Part shown: piece after piece, positions 19,489 to 27,839 of the stretch
How the letters are laid out: the number at the start of each line of letters is the position of its first letter
How positions within the stretch are numbered: the stretch's first letter is position 1
Source: a virus
Lineage: Duplodnaviria; Caudoviricetes
Reading direction: 5' to 3' (one strand)
Length of the DNA: 64,000 nucleotides
Virus record (IMG/VR): IMGVR_UViG_3300034061_006011
Notes under the pieces: model-generated
Told to the model about the DNA's origin: nothing
What the model saw: the letters and a program-made list of their open reading frames with translations, nothing else
The model's database searches: none
Program-made: the position numbers and the translations under genes

Positions 19489-20376
19489 ATGTCATATTCT
19501 TGTGCTTCAAATACTATGTATTTTCCCCGTCCAAGTGCGGAGTCGCAAAATTGTAGTACTAATAATTTCAATCTTGGGGTTTCTGATCCCCTTGATATTG
19601 CTCAATTATCACCAAGACCAAACAGAACAAAAGTAAAAGCACAAATTAGAGATTATATTCTTTTAATGCTTGGTGCTCCAGTAGTTACAATTGAATTAGA
19701 TAGTCAACAACTTGATGCTGCTGTTGATTTATCTCTTCAGATTTATGAAGAATATGCACCAAGAGAATTCTTTAAATACCATGTGTTCCAGACAATTCCC
19801 GGTAAAAGCATTTACACAATGCCTCCAGATATTGGTTATGTAAGAAATGTTTTTTACAAACAAATGGCAACATTTAGTTTTAGTTCTTCTGACCTTGGTG
19901 GAGCTATTCCTATTGAATATTTTTATCCGGGTGGAGCATATGCTTCTATTACAGGTGGTATGATTGATAGTGTGACTCCAATTTGGGGTCGAGTTGGAGA
20001 ATGGAGTCTTTACAAAGAATATGAAAGAACTTATGCTCGTAGTGCAAGTAATTTAGGTGGTTGGGAATGGCTTGGTGGTTATCAAAATATTAAATTATAT
20101 CCAATTCCGAGAGCACCAACTGCTGTTATTGTTCATTATTTGCAAAAAAACAATGATTGGCAGAGAGTTAATCAGGCTATGCAAGAAGGTGCTTTAGCGC
20201 ATGCAAAGATTATGTTAGGAAGAATTAGAGGCAAATATACAACATTGCCCGGTGCTCAGGGTGGAGTTCAGTTAGATGGAGCTACTTTGTTGACAGAGGG
20301 GATTCAAGAAAAGAAGGATTGGGAAGAAAGATTGATTACCAGATATGGCGATATTCCTTTCATTTCAATGGGATAA
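19489..20376 (+). CDS. gp13: Neck protein (gp13-like)
   Basis: IRDYILLMLGAPVVTIELDSQQL; LPG..GGVQLDG..L..EG. Confidence 0.9.
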   Translation: MSYSCASNTMYFPRPSAESQNCSTNNFNLGVSDPLDIAQLSPRPNRTKVKAQIRDYILLMLGAPVVTIELDSQQLDAAVDLSLQIYEEYAPREFFKYHVFQTIPGKSIYTMPPDIGYVRNVFYKQMATFSFSSSDLGGAIPIEYFYPGGAYASITGGMIDSVTPIWGRVGEWSLYKEYERTYARSASNLGGWEWLGGYQNIKLYPIPRAPTAVIVHYLQKNNDWQRVNQAMQEGALAHAKIMLGRIRGKYTTLPGAQGGVQLDGATLLTEGIQEKKDWEERLITRYGDIPFISMG

Positions 20377-20379
20377 TAC

Positions 20380-21012
20380 ATGAAAACATTCAAAGAATAT
20401 GTCGAATTAAGAGAAACAAAAACAAATTTGCTCCAGCAAGGAAAAGGTTGGCTTGGTGGACTTGTAAAATCTGCTGGTAAATTTGCAGCTTCATTTATTC
20501 CGGGCGCAGACGCAGCAAGTGCAGCTGTGGATATGGCTACACAAATATATAATGTCAAGAAGCAAAAAGGAAAAGTAAATGAATTAATTAGAAAAGCAGC
20601 ATCTTTACCAGATAATAGTAGAGGATCTGTAAAGAATGGAGATATTTTTGATGTTTCTGACACTTTGTGGAATACAGTTAATAAAGACTCTCAAGATAAA
20701 ATTATAAATATTGTTGACAAAAATTTAGATAGATATATTGCAGCTAATCAGATGCCTAAACCTAGTTTTGCTGACATGCTTGCTCACAAGTATGTTATTG
20801 GTAAATTACCAAGAGCAACATCTAAAATAGTTCCTGTACAAGGACAAGCAGCGCCACAACAAGGTCAAGCTGCACCACAACCACAACAAGCAGCACCACA
20901 ACAAGGACAGCAACGTCAAGCTGCACCACAACAACCACAACAACCACAGCAACGTCAAGCTGCACCACAACAACCACAACAACCACAGCAACGTCAAGCT
21001 GTTCGTCGTTAA
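20380..21012 (+). CDS. Putative internal head protein with Q/P-rich tail
   Basis: Starts MKTFKEYVE; QAAPQQ repeats. Confidence 0.65.
   Translation: MKTFKEYVELRETKTNLLQQGKGWLGGLVKSAGKFAASFIPGADAASAAVDMATQIYNVKKQKGKVNELIRKAASLPDNSRGSVKNGDIFDVSDTLWNTVNKDSQDKIINIVDKNLDRYIAANQMPKPSFADMLAHKYVIGKLPRATSKIVPVQGQAAPQQGQAAPQPQQAAPQQGQQRQAAPQQPQQPQQRQAAPQQPQQPQQRQAVRR
20830..21000 (+). repeat. Coding tandem repeats (QAAPQQ / QQRQAAPQQPQQP)
   Basis: Repeated caagctgcaccacaacaa units. Confidence 0.85.
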
Positions 21013-21042
21013 AAATATTTAGCATTAAAGATAAATAACAAT

Positions 21043-21501
21043 ATGATCAATTATAATGAGTTTATAAAAGCATTGAATGAAGGCTCACAGAATATGAGAT
21101 ATTCTGTTGAGGTTAATTTCGATACACCTAAAGAAGATTGTTTAGTTTCTTACGCAAAAATAGTTCTTGGTTATGTTAGTGCAGCAATGAAGAAGATGGA
21201 TTATCATGTTAAGCTTGTGTTTTCACATAAGCCATTAAGATTGATTGTTGCTTCTAGAAATTGGGATGATGGGGAATGGGTTGGGATGATTTCTTACAAT
21301 GAAGAAAAAGATCATTTCACTTTATCAAAAGGTTTTTATAACAAACTTAAGAAAACAGTTGCAGTTCAAGACACTAGTACAATAAGTGATCCCGTAAATG
21401 CAAAGATATTATCTTACAAATTACGGGATTTAATGAAAGATTTAGAGGGCAAAAAGGATCGATTTGCCCCCGAATTTAGAAAATTAAGAATCAATCTTTA
21501 A
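21043..21501 (+). CDS. Putative internal head protein
   Basis: Starts MINYNEFIKALNE. Confidence 0.6.
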   Translation: MINYNEFIKALNEGSQNMRYSVEVNFDTPKEDCLVSYAKIVLGYVSAAMKKMDYHVKLVFSHKPLRLIVASRNWDDGEWVGMISYNEEKDHFTLSKGFYNKLKKTVAVQDTSTISDPVNAKILSYKLRDLMKDLEGKKDRFAPEFRKLRINL

Positions 21502-21859
21502 TAATTTTAATATTGGAGCAAGGACTTTCGACTAGAAGAACTTCATCTAGATGTTCTTGTTCGCCTTCCTTAAGGATCTTCTTCTTGCTGGTTTGACCTG
21601 CTGCAACGTGTTCAACCTTGCCTTCATTTGTTACGATAGGTGGTTGGTCAAGAATAAGCTTACTTTCCACGATTACCTCTTTCTGCTTATAGGGTCCAAT
21701 AAAACGAATCATACCAACTTTGACAAATTCGAAAAAATCTTTTTCTGCCAAGAATTGTCCTCTTGGCTTAATCATTTCCAGACCCTTATAAGCAGGTCTA
21801 GAAAGTTTTAAATCATAGTTGTGATGATTTTCAAAAAGAAACAGTTCTGGGATATTCAT
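21491..21859 (-). CDS. Hypothetical protein
   Basis: ATG at 21859 (MNIPEL) lies 6 nt after TATAAT. Confidence 0.55.
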   Translation of the reverse strand: MNIPELFLFENHHNYDLKLSRPAYKGLEMIKPRGQFLAEKDFFEFVKVGMIRFIGPYKQKEVIVESKLILDQPPIVTNEGKVEHVAAGQTSKKKILKEGEQEHLDEVLLVESPCSNIKIIKD

Positions 21860-21874
21860 AACTATATTATAGTA
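21860..21874. promoter_or_regulatory. 15-bp bidirectional leaderless promoter candidate
   Basis: TATATT-N6-ATG on + and TATAAT-N6-ATG on -, overlapping in the near-palindrome ACTATATTATAGT. Confidence 0.5.
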
Positions 21875-22210
21875 ATGAATAATAAAAAAATGCCAAACTG
21901 GTATGAAATATATCCCCAAGGAACACCTGAAGGGGAAGAAGAAAAGAAATTTTTCTTATCTTTGATTAGGAATAAAAAATATAAAAATTGGCGTAGCGTG
22001 TCTGCTATTTCAAAAGAATCAGGATTGACAGAAGAAAAAATTGAACAAATTATATTCAAATACCATAAAATTGGACTTATAATTCAAAGCCCCGCTAACT
22101 CAGAGTTCTGGGGTTACTATTACAATAATTTAGAAGATGTTAAAGAAGATCCAATTTCTGTAATCGAAGAAGAAAGAAAAAAAATTCTTAAAAAAGCTAA
22201 AAATCCTTAA
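21875..22210 (+). CDS. Hypothetical, possible winged-helix protein
   Basis: WRSVSAISKESGLTEEKIEQII HTH-like segment. Confidence 0.5.
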   Translation: MNNKKMPNWYEIYPQGTPEGEEEKKFFLSLIRNKKYKNWRSVSAISKESGLTEEKIEQIIFKYHKIGLIIQSPANSEFWGYYYNNLEDVKEDPISVIEEERKKILKKAKNP

Positions 22211-22346
22211 GCCATTGGTATAAAACAACTTTCATAATAATAAAAACGGATATAGGCATCGGAACAAACCCAATGCGCTATACCAGTTCTTCTTATGTTT
22301 TCAAAAATATTTTATCTCTTGATTCGAGATATTCCATAAACTTCAT
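22207..22346 (-). pseudogene. Frameshifted tandem paralog of 22346-22546
   Basis: MKFMEYLESRDK in frame 0 continues in the -1 frame as NIFENIRRTGIAHWVCSDAYIR...FIPMA*, which aligns to ENAKRGGIATWAYPDAYAR...FMPIA. Confidence 0.7.
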
Positions 22347-22546
22347 TACTTGGAATTAACTTTTCTTCCAATTCCCAACTTAAATGCCGCATCAGCTGCT
22401 ATTGGCATAAAGTAGTTAGAAGGATACTGACCTCTTGCATAAGCATCAGGATAAGCCCAAGTAGCGATACCGCCTCGCTTGGCGTTCTCGTTAACAGTAG
22501 GAACCTTCAAGTTATTTTCAGTTGCCCAATCGGTAAATGTTTTCAT
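22346..22546 (-). CDS. Small putative internal head protein
   Basis: Starts MKTFTDW; GAGGA RBS; CTAAATA upstream. Confidence 0.65.
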   Translation of the reverse strand: MKTFTDWATENNLKVPTVNENAKRGGIATWAYPDAYARGQYPSNYFMPIAADAAFKLGIGRKVNSK

Positions 22547-22620
22547 TTATGTCCTCACAAAAAGTCATCCTTTACTTATTTAGATGTGTGCTCACATTTT
22601 TTAATTAAAATGACTAAAAA

Positions 22621-23172
22621 ATGACCAAAAAATTAATACCGATTATTGTTACATCAATTCAAGAAATATCCCAAGAAAACGCATTTGAATCGAGTATCTT
22701 ATGTAATTGCTGTAAAACAATTTCTCGGATGGTTAATGATTCTGGATTATGTGCGTTTTGTTTTAAAAAAATAGAACAATTTAACAACATCAAGGTTTTT
22801 AACTTTAAACCTTGTTATTATCTTTTTATGAAAATTGGCATTCAAAAAACAATAATGGAAGAAATTGAAGCAGAACAAACGAATATTGGTTTGTTTACGA
22901 ATTATATGGAATACAGTCCAAATAATATGATTTGGTATGTATACAGAGATATAGAACCGAAAGAATTGTTTACTAAAGTTGAAGAAATGTACAATTTGTT
23001 TAAACAGACAGGATTGTTTGACAAATCTTTCTATAAACTAAATATTGAAAAAACAAGAAGTTTATTTTTTAATAAAAATAAATTTATTTGCATAGGATTT
23101 AATTTTGCAGAACTATCTGATGACAATTATTTATCAGCAAGTTTTTTTGATAAAGAGCGGATTTTCTTGTGA
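22621..23172 (+). CDS. Hypothetical protein with Cys cluster
   Basis: 183-aa ORF; CNCC..CAFC. Confidence 0.55.
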   Translation: MTKKLIPIIVTSIQEISQENAFESSILCNCCKTISRMVNDSGLCAFCFKKIEQFNNIKVFNFKPCYYLFMKIGIQKTIMEEIEAEQTNIGLFTNYMEYSPNNMIWYVYRDIEPKELFTKVEEMYNLFKQTGLFDKSFYKLNIEKTRSLFFNKNKFICIGFNFAELSDDNYLSASFFDKERIFL

Positions 23173-23196
23173 TTTTTCTTAAAAGTATGCTATTTT
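23167..23196 (+). promoter_or_regulatory. Sigma70-type promoter with extended -10
   Basis: TTGTGA-N18-TATTTT with TG at the extended position. Confidence 0.4.
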
Positions 23197-23239
23197 AATT
23201 ATGCAGATGTTGTTAAGTTTTTTGTTAAAGGAGCGTCAG

Positions 23240-23602
23240 ATGAGCGAAGCTAAGACCAAGAGTGCTACAAAGTCAACCACCAAGACTTCAGTGCCAGCAA
23301 ATTCCATTCGTTACAAGATTGTAACGAAGCTTTCTGGTGTTAACGAAGTTTATGAAGCAACGGCTGAAATTTCCGGCTTCAAGGCTACAAAGGTTACCCG
23401 ACAGGATGGCACTACTGCCTTCACTACTCGTTCCGCTCTTACTAAGGCTTGCAAGGATCGTGCAGCTTCCCTCAAGCGTATTCCAATCTTTGATCTTGGT
23501 TCTGCAACTGTTGCACCTAGCAAGAAGGCAAAGGCACCAAAGGCTGGTAAGGTTGTTACCTTCTGCTCAACTGGTTGTCCAGTAACGGGCGCATGCTCTT
23601 AA
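23240..23602 (+). CDS. Small basic K/A/T-rich protein
   Basis: AAGGAG RBS; biased codon use (AAG, GCT, CGT); followed by a terminator. Confidence 0.7.
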   Translation: MSEAKTKSATKSTTKTSVPANSIRYKIVTKLSGVNEVYEATAEISGFKATKVTRQDGTTAFTTRSALTKACKDRAASLKRIPIFDLGSATVAPSKKAKAPKAGKVVTFCSTGCPVTGACS

Positions 23603-23616
23603 GTTAATTTAAATTT

Positions 23617-23667
23617 AAAAAAAACAAGACCTAATCGTAATTTTTAATGATTAGGTCTTGTTTTTTT
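23617..23667. terminator. Bidirectional rho-independent terminator
   Basis: AAAAAAACAAGACCTAATC...GATTAGGTCTTGTTTTTTT inverted repeat. Confidence 0.85.
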
Positions 23668-23722
23668 ATTATTATTCATGAATTGTATTCTTACTTGATA
23701 TATAATATTAAATGGAGGCGAT

Positions 23723-23941
23723 ATGGGTTGCGGATGTGGTGGTAAAAAAGGCACAATGCCCAACAGAAACGTAGTTAGAAACACTTCTATACAACAAAAT
23801 ATTGTCAGATCTATTGGAACTGGAGTTACTGAAGCTTTAAATCAACAAATAACAACACCAGTTGGTATGGACAAAAATCGTTTAGAAGTTGAAAAAAAAA
23901 GAAGAGAAGCTATTAAAAAGTCTCTAGGAAAAATGATCTAA
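23723..23941 (+). CDS. Small protein with MGCGCGG N-terminus
   Basis: GGAGG RBS; 72 aa. Confidence 0.7.
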   Translation: MGCGCGGKKGTMPNRNVVRNTSIQQNIVRSIGTGVTEALNQQITTPVGMDKNRLEVEKKRREAIKKSLGKMI

Positions 23942-23980
23942 GTATCTATATACAATAAATTGTATTTTTGGAGAACCAAC

Positions 23981-25021
23981 ATGCTCAATTATGAAAAGTG
24001 GAAGAAACTCAATGAGAGCTTTATGATGTCATCACCAATTGGTGGCATTACCCATAACAATGGGTTCCTTGCTTATAGTCCTCTCTCTGAAGCCGAAATG
24101 GACAGAGATGAAGATGAAGACATGGAAGATGAAGACATGGAAGACGAAGACATGGAAGACGAAGATATGGAAGATGAAGACATGGATGATGAAGATATGG
24201 AAGATGAAGATATGGAAGATGAAGATATGGATGATGAAGATATGGATGATGAAGATATGGATGATGAAGACATGGATGATGAAGACATGGATGATGAAGA
24301 TGATGGAGAAATGGAAATTCAAGATGATGCTGGAGAAATTGAAGAAATAGAAGATGGTGATGAATCAGAAGATTCTGATGACGGTGCTGTTCATCATCAT
24401 CACCACCACTACCATGGTCATAAGAATAAAGAAGCATATAGCGATGATGCAGATGAAGAAGCTGGCAATGAGATGATGTGCAAGCGTTGTGGTTCTTACA
24501 TGGCTAACGAAAATCATGATTGTGGCATTGATGAGTGGGCTGCTAGTGTTAAGTCTTTGATTAATCCAGTTATTTTACAGAAGCTTAATGGTAAGATTTT
24601 GACTGAAGCATCATTCAAGGGTGCTAAAATTGATATTAAAGATGGTGAAGTTGGTTCTGTTGGTGCTGTAAAGTCTAAATTAAAAACTTTCCTTGATGGT
24701 GTCGAAAGTCAAATTGACAGCATGACTGATAGACAAAGATATTCAATTCTTTCCAGTGTTGTTAACGCTTTGGTTACCGATGCTGAACTTCCTGACTTCT
24801 TGAAGTTTATCAAAATGGAAAAAAGTTCAATTGTGAAGAGTGACCCAAAAGAAACAGAAGAAAAAATGTATAAGGGTAGAGTCTCCAAGAAGAAAAGTGG
24901 TCCATGCAAGAAGTGTTCAACTAGCATGAAATTTATGCCAGCAAAATCAGGCAAGTATGCTGGCAAAAATATGCCAACAAAATCAGGCAAGTATGCTGGC
25001 AAAAAAATGAAAAAGAAATGA
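23981..25021 (+). CDS. Acidic-repeat/His-tract protein, putative internal head protein
   Basis: GGAGA RBS; starts MLNYEKWKKLNE; EDM(E/D)D repeats, poly-His, basic C-terminus. Confidence 0.7.
   Translation: MLNYEKWKKLNESFMMSSPIGGITHNNGFLAYSPLSEAEMDRDEDEDMEDEDMEDEDMEDEDMEDEDMDDEDMEDEDMEDEDMDDEDMDDEDMDDEDMDDEDMDDEDDGEMEIQDDAGEIEEIEDGDESEDSDDGAVHHHHHHYHGHKNKEAYSDDADEEAGNEMMCKRCGSYMANENHDCGIDEWAASVKSLINPVILQKLNGKILTEASFKGAKIDIKDGEVGSVGAVKSKLKTFLDGVESQIDSMTDRQRYSILSSVVNALVTDAELPDFLKFIKMEKSSIVKSDPKETEEKMYKGRVSKKKSGPCKKCSTSMKFMPAKSGKYAGKNMPTKSGKYAGKKMKKK
24105..24305 (+). repeat. 15-nt tandem repeat encoding EDM(D/E)D
   Basis: About 12-13 copies of gaagayatggaw-gay. Confidence 0.9.
24935..25006 (+). 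repeat. 36-nt direct duplication (MP[A/T]KSGKYAGK[N/K])
   Basis: Two near-identical copies starting at 24935 and 24971. Confidence 0.85.
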
Positions 25022-25037
25022 GGTAGCACTTAACTAC

Positions 25038-25937
25038 TTAGCCTCCCATGCAGTTTGCATGGGAGGCTATTTTTTTTGCATCATTGATTTGCTGAACCAA
25101 ATCATTAGGCATAAAATTAAAAATAAAACCAAGAAGTCTATCAGCTTCAAATTTATTACAATTATTAATTGCATCTTTGATAATATTCACATCATAACCA
25201 AAACAATTATATGAAATCTTATCACCAATTGTAACAGTCCAGAATTTTTCCCAAATCTTTTCGATCATTTCATTGTAAACGAAATCAGTTAAAGAATAAA
25301 CCAATGCTGTATATTCTGGTTTGCCAATCCACCAAGAACTCAAAACTCTATATTCAATTCCATAATTCTTTGGTCTAAAAGATCCAGCTCTACCAAAAAC
25401 CTTCCTTCTATCAATTTGACTTAAATCATTGTCTATAGCAACAGACGTTAAACCTAAAAATAAATCAAGCATGTAAACAAACAAAGGTTTAATAATCGGA
25501 TCAAGCAGAATTTCATCTCCAACAGATCCAATGTGCAAATGTCCACCTGAAGTCCTTACAGAACTATTTTTAATAAAGTTTTTAGGTTCTGTGTTTATCA
25601 TCAACGTATATGCGTTGTATTCGTCGTCACAGCCACTTTCTTTTGCATTAGCATCTTGCAGCACACTTTGCTCAATGATAGCAGCAGCTGTCAAATCGAC
25701 CTTATAAGGAGATGCTAGTTTTTCTAACAGATAAACGCCGTTTGTGATATTTGTGATAAATTCTCGTGCATTATTGCATGGAGGAATATTAAATTCTGCT
25801 AAAATATTATCATAATATATTTTTATTTTTTGTTTTTTGTAAGGATTATCTTTGTCATGTGTAATATGCTTTGCAGCATTAATTACTTGATCAGAAGAAT
25901 TGCGTAGGAAACACTCTACATCTGATCCTATTTGCAC
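25038..25937 (-). CDS. phiEco32-like COOH-NH2 ligase (type 2)
   Basis: IGSDVECFL, DNILAEFN, RTSGGHLHIG and GRAGSFRPKNYGIEYRVLSSWW motifs. Confidence 0.85.
   Translation of the reverse strand: MQIGSDVECFLRNSSDQVINAAKHITHDKDNPYKKQKIKIYYDNILAEFNIPPCNNAREFITNITNGVYLLEKLASPYKVDLTAAAIIEQSVLQDANAKESGCDDEYNAYTLMINTEPKNFIKNSSVRTSGGHLHIGSVGDEILLDPIIKPLFVYMLDLFLGLTSVAIDNDLSQIDRRKVFGRAGSFRPKNYGIEYRVLSSWWIGKPEYTALVYSLTDFVYNEMIEKIWEKFWTVTIGDKISYNCFGYDVNIIKDAINNCNKFEADRLLGFIFNFMPNDLVQQINDAKKIASHANCMGG
25039..25077 (+). terminator. Rho-independent terminator
   Basis: TAGCCTCCCATGCA-GTT-TGCATGGGAGGCTA followed by T8. Confidence 0.9.
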
Positions 25938-26011
25938 AACAAAATCCTCTGATGATAGATGATACTAATAAATTAGAATCATTGAATAATTAATTAAAGA
26001 AAATATAATTA

Positions 26012-26914
26012 CTAGTCATCATTTCCATATGTTTCTAAAAGCCAAGACAATGCTCTAGCATATTGTTTTGGATATAGATAATAATGGAATATTTTAATAA
26101 ATTCTTGTGCAATGCTTTCTGATCTAATAATTTGATTTGTTATTTGTTTCAACGCACTTGTTGCCCTTATTGCAGATTTTGTGACTTTCTCAGCTAATCT
26201 TTTTACAAACTCATCAGCATCAAAATCGTCTTCAGGCAAAAACAATTTATCCTCATGCTTCAACATACTGTTTCTGTTTTGATATGTTTTGTCACTTTTA
26301 AGATCTATATCTTTATACTTTTCAAGAAATTCTTCTAAATTAATTTTTTCCCAATTATTATCTCTTTCTGAAAATGAAATAATTTTATCTGGATTTAAAT
26401 TTCCAGTAAATAAAGCTTGATATTCAGAACTATCAAAAAGCACTTTAGTCATATAGGGATTATCACTAGATTTAACAAATTCAGGTTGGTTTTGATCATT
26501 TCTTATTTCGTTTTCAAATCTTTTTTTAGTTGCCAATCTTTCAACCTTGCTTCTAAATGTTGGCATATAAGAACCTTGTGTACCATATGATCCCTGTACC
26601 CAAACTGGTGGTTCTAGATCTTCGTATTTTGCAATAAATTCTACAACGCACCCATCAAGAGCAAAATCTCTAGCTGTTTTTTCTGATATTGTGACAAATA
26701 GTCCTTTAGGATTTGTGTTTGCTTCATAAGAATATTTCCTAGCGGGTCTTAACTGTCCTGAAATGCCATATCTAGCTGCAATTATTGCTTCTGTGACATT
26801 GTCAAACCCATGGAAAACTCTTACAGTGTCTCCTCTTTTCAAAGGTTCAAAATCACCTCGCATGTTGTCATATTTGTGCAAATGCTCGTTTAGCCAATCA
26901 TAAAATGTATTCAT
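26012..26914 (-). CDS. Putative ADP-ribosyltransferase-fold internal head protein
   Basis: Starts MNTFYDWLNE; VFHG...GLFVT...TARDFA..G.VVEF order of ART-like elements. Confidence 0.45.
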   Translation of the reverse strand: MNTFYDWLNEHLHKYDNMRGDFEPLKRGDTVRVFHGFDNVTEAIIAARYGISGQLRPARKYSYEANTNPKGLFVTISEKTARDFALDGCVVEFIAKYEDLEPPVWVQGSYGTQGSYMPTFRSKVERLATKKRFENEIRNDQNQPEFVKSSDNPYMTKVLFDSSEYQALFTGNLNPDKIISFSERDNNWEKINLEEFLEKYKDIDLKSDKTYQNRNSMLKHEDKLFLPEDDFDADEFVKRLAEKVTKSAIRATSALKQITNQIIRSESIAQEFIKIFHYYLYPKQYARALSWLLETYGNDD

Positions 26915-27023
26915 AATGCTATTTATGACTGCGTTTAATAATATTATCGTTCCAAGCATTTGTTTCTGAATAATTAATTAATTAGAAAAGGCTGGTTTTA
27001 ACTCTATATATTGTATAATTTGA

Positions 27024-27839
27024 TTGGAAAAAATAATGATAACAGCAAATGATATTGTTTTTGTTTTTAGTGGCAGTACAGGCAACTATGATCCTTTCGA
27101 AAGTTTGGGTGGCGATCCTTCTAACGTAGAAATTGCCGACATTTCTCAAAACCTGTTTAACTCTCTCACAGACTCACAACTTAAAACAGGGCTGGTAGAC
27201 TATCGTTGTTTTTATATATTTAATCAAAATGACACCGAAACTCTTTATGATGTATCAATTTACGTTCAAAACACCACTGCTACATCATGTTTGATTGGTG
27301 TTAACAAACAAAACGACACACAGAAGATAACGCTTAGTGGTCCTGCAACAGGTGGCAACTTAGTTCTTAGTTATGAAGATCAGACTTTTACAGTTGCCTT
27401 CTCTGTGAACATGACCACATTAGCAAATAATTTTGTTTCAGCATTGAATAATATTGGTTTGCTTGGTGTTACGGCAGTAGCAGAAGCAAACACAGGTTAC
27501 TACACAGTTACAATAGTATTTGAAGACGATTCAGGTTACAAGTACCATCCTTTACTTGAATTAGTAGACAACAATTTAACACCAGCTACTGATTTCTTTA
27601 TTAGTAAAACTCAAAATGGTTCACCTATAAATATTATTACTCCTAAAACAGCAACTGTTTTAATCAAACCAGAAAATATACAATTTGCTAGTTTTGCAGA
27701 AACACAACCATTAACTTTGGGAAGCTTAAGACCTTTTGAAGGATTTCCCGTTTGGTTGCAAAGAACTATAGAACCGGGAACATCTAAATCCGATAATCAA
27801 ACATTTACTTTCAAGATTGCAGGAAAGGTTATAACTTGA
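27024..27839 (+). CDS. Putative virion structural protein
   Basis: SLGGDPS...NLF...DYRCFYIFN motif with TQKITLSGPATGGNLVLSY insert. Confidence 0.55.
   Translation: MEKIMITANDIVFVFSGSTGNYDPFESLGGDPSNVEIADISQNLFNSLTDSQLKTGLVDYRCFYIFNQNDTETLYDVSIYVQNTTATSCLIGVNKQNDTQKITLSGPATGGNLVLSYEDQTFTVAFSVNMTTLANNFVSALNNIGLLGVTAVAEANTGYYTVTIVFEDDSGYKYHPLLELVDNNLTPATDFFISKTQNGSPINIITPKTATVLIKPENIQFASFAETQPLTLGSLRPFEGFPVWLQRTIEPGTSKSDNQTFTFKIAGKVIT

Noticed and set aside
24032-24437. Several overlapping ORFs across the acidic repeat
   Set aside because: Products of the 15-nt periodicity; they lack an RBS or unique sequence
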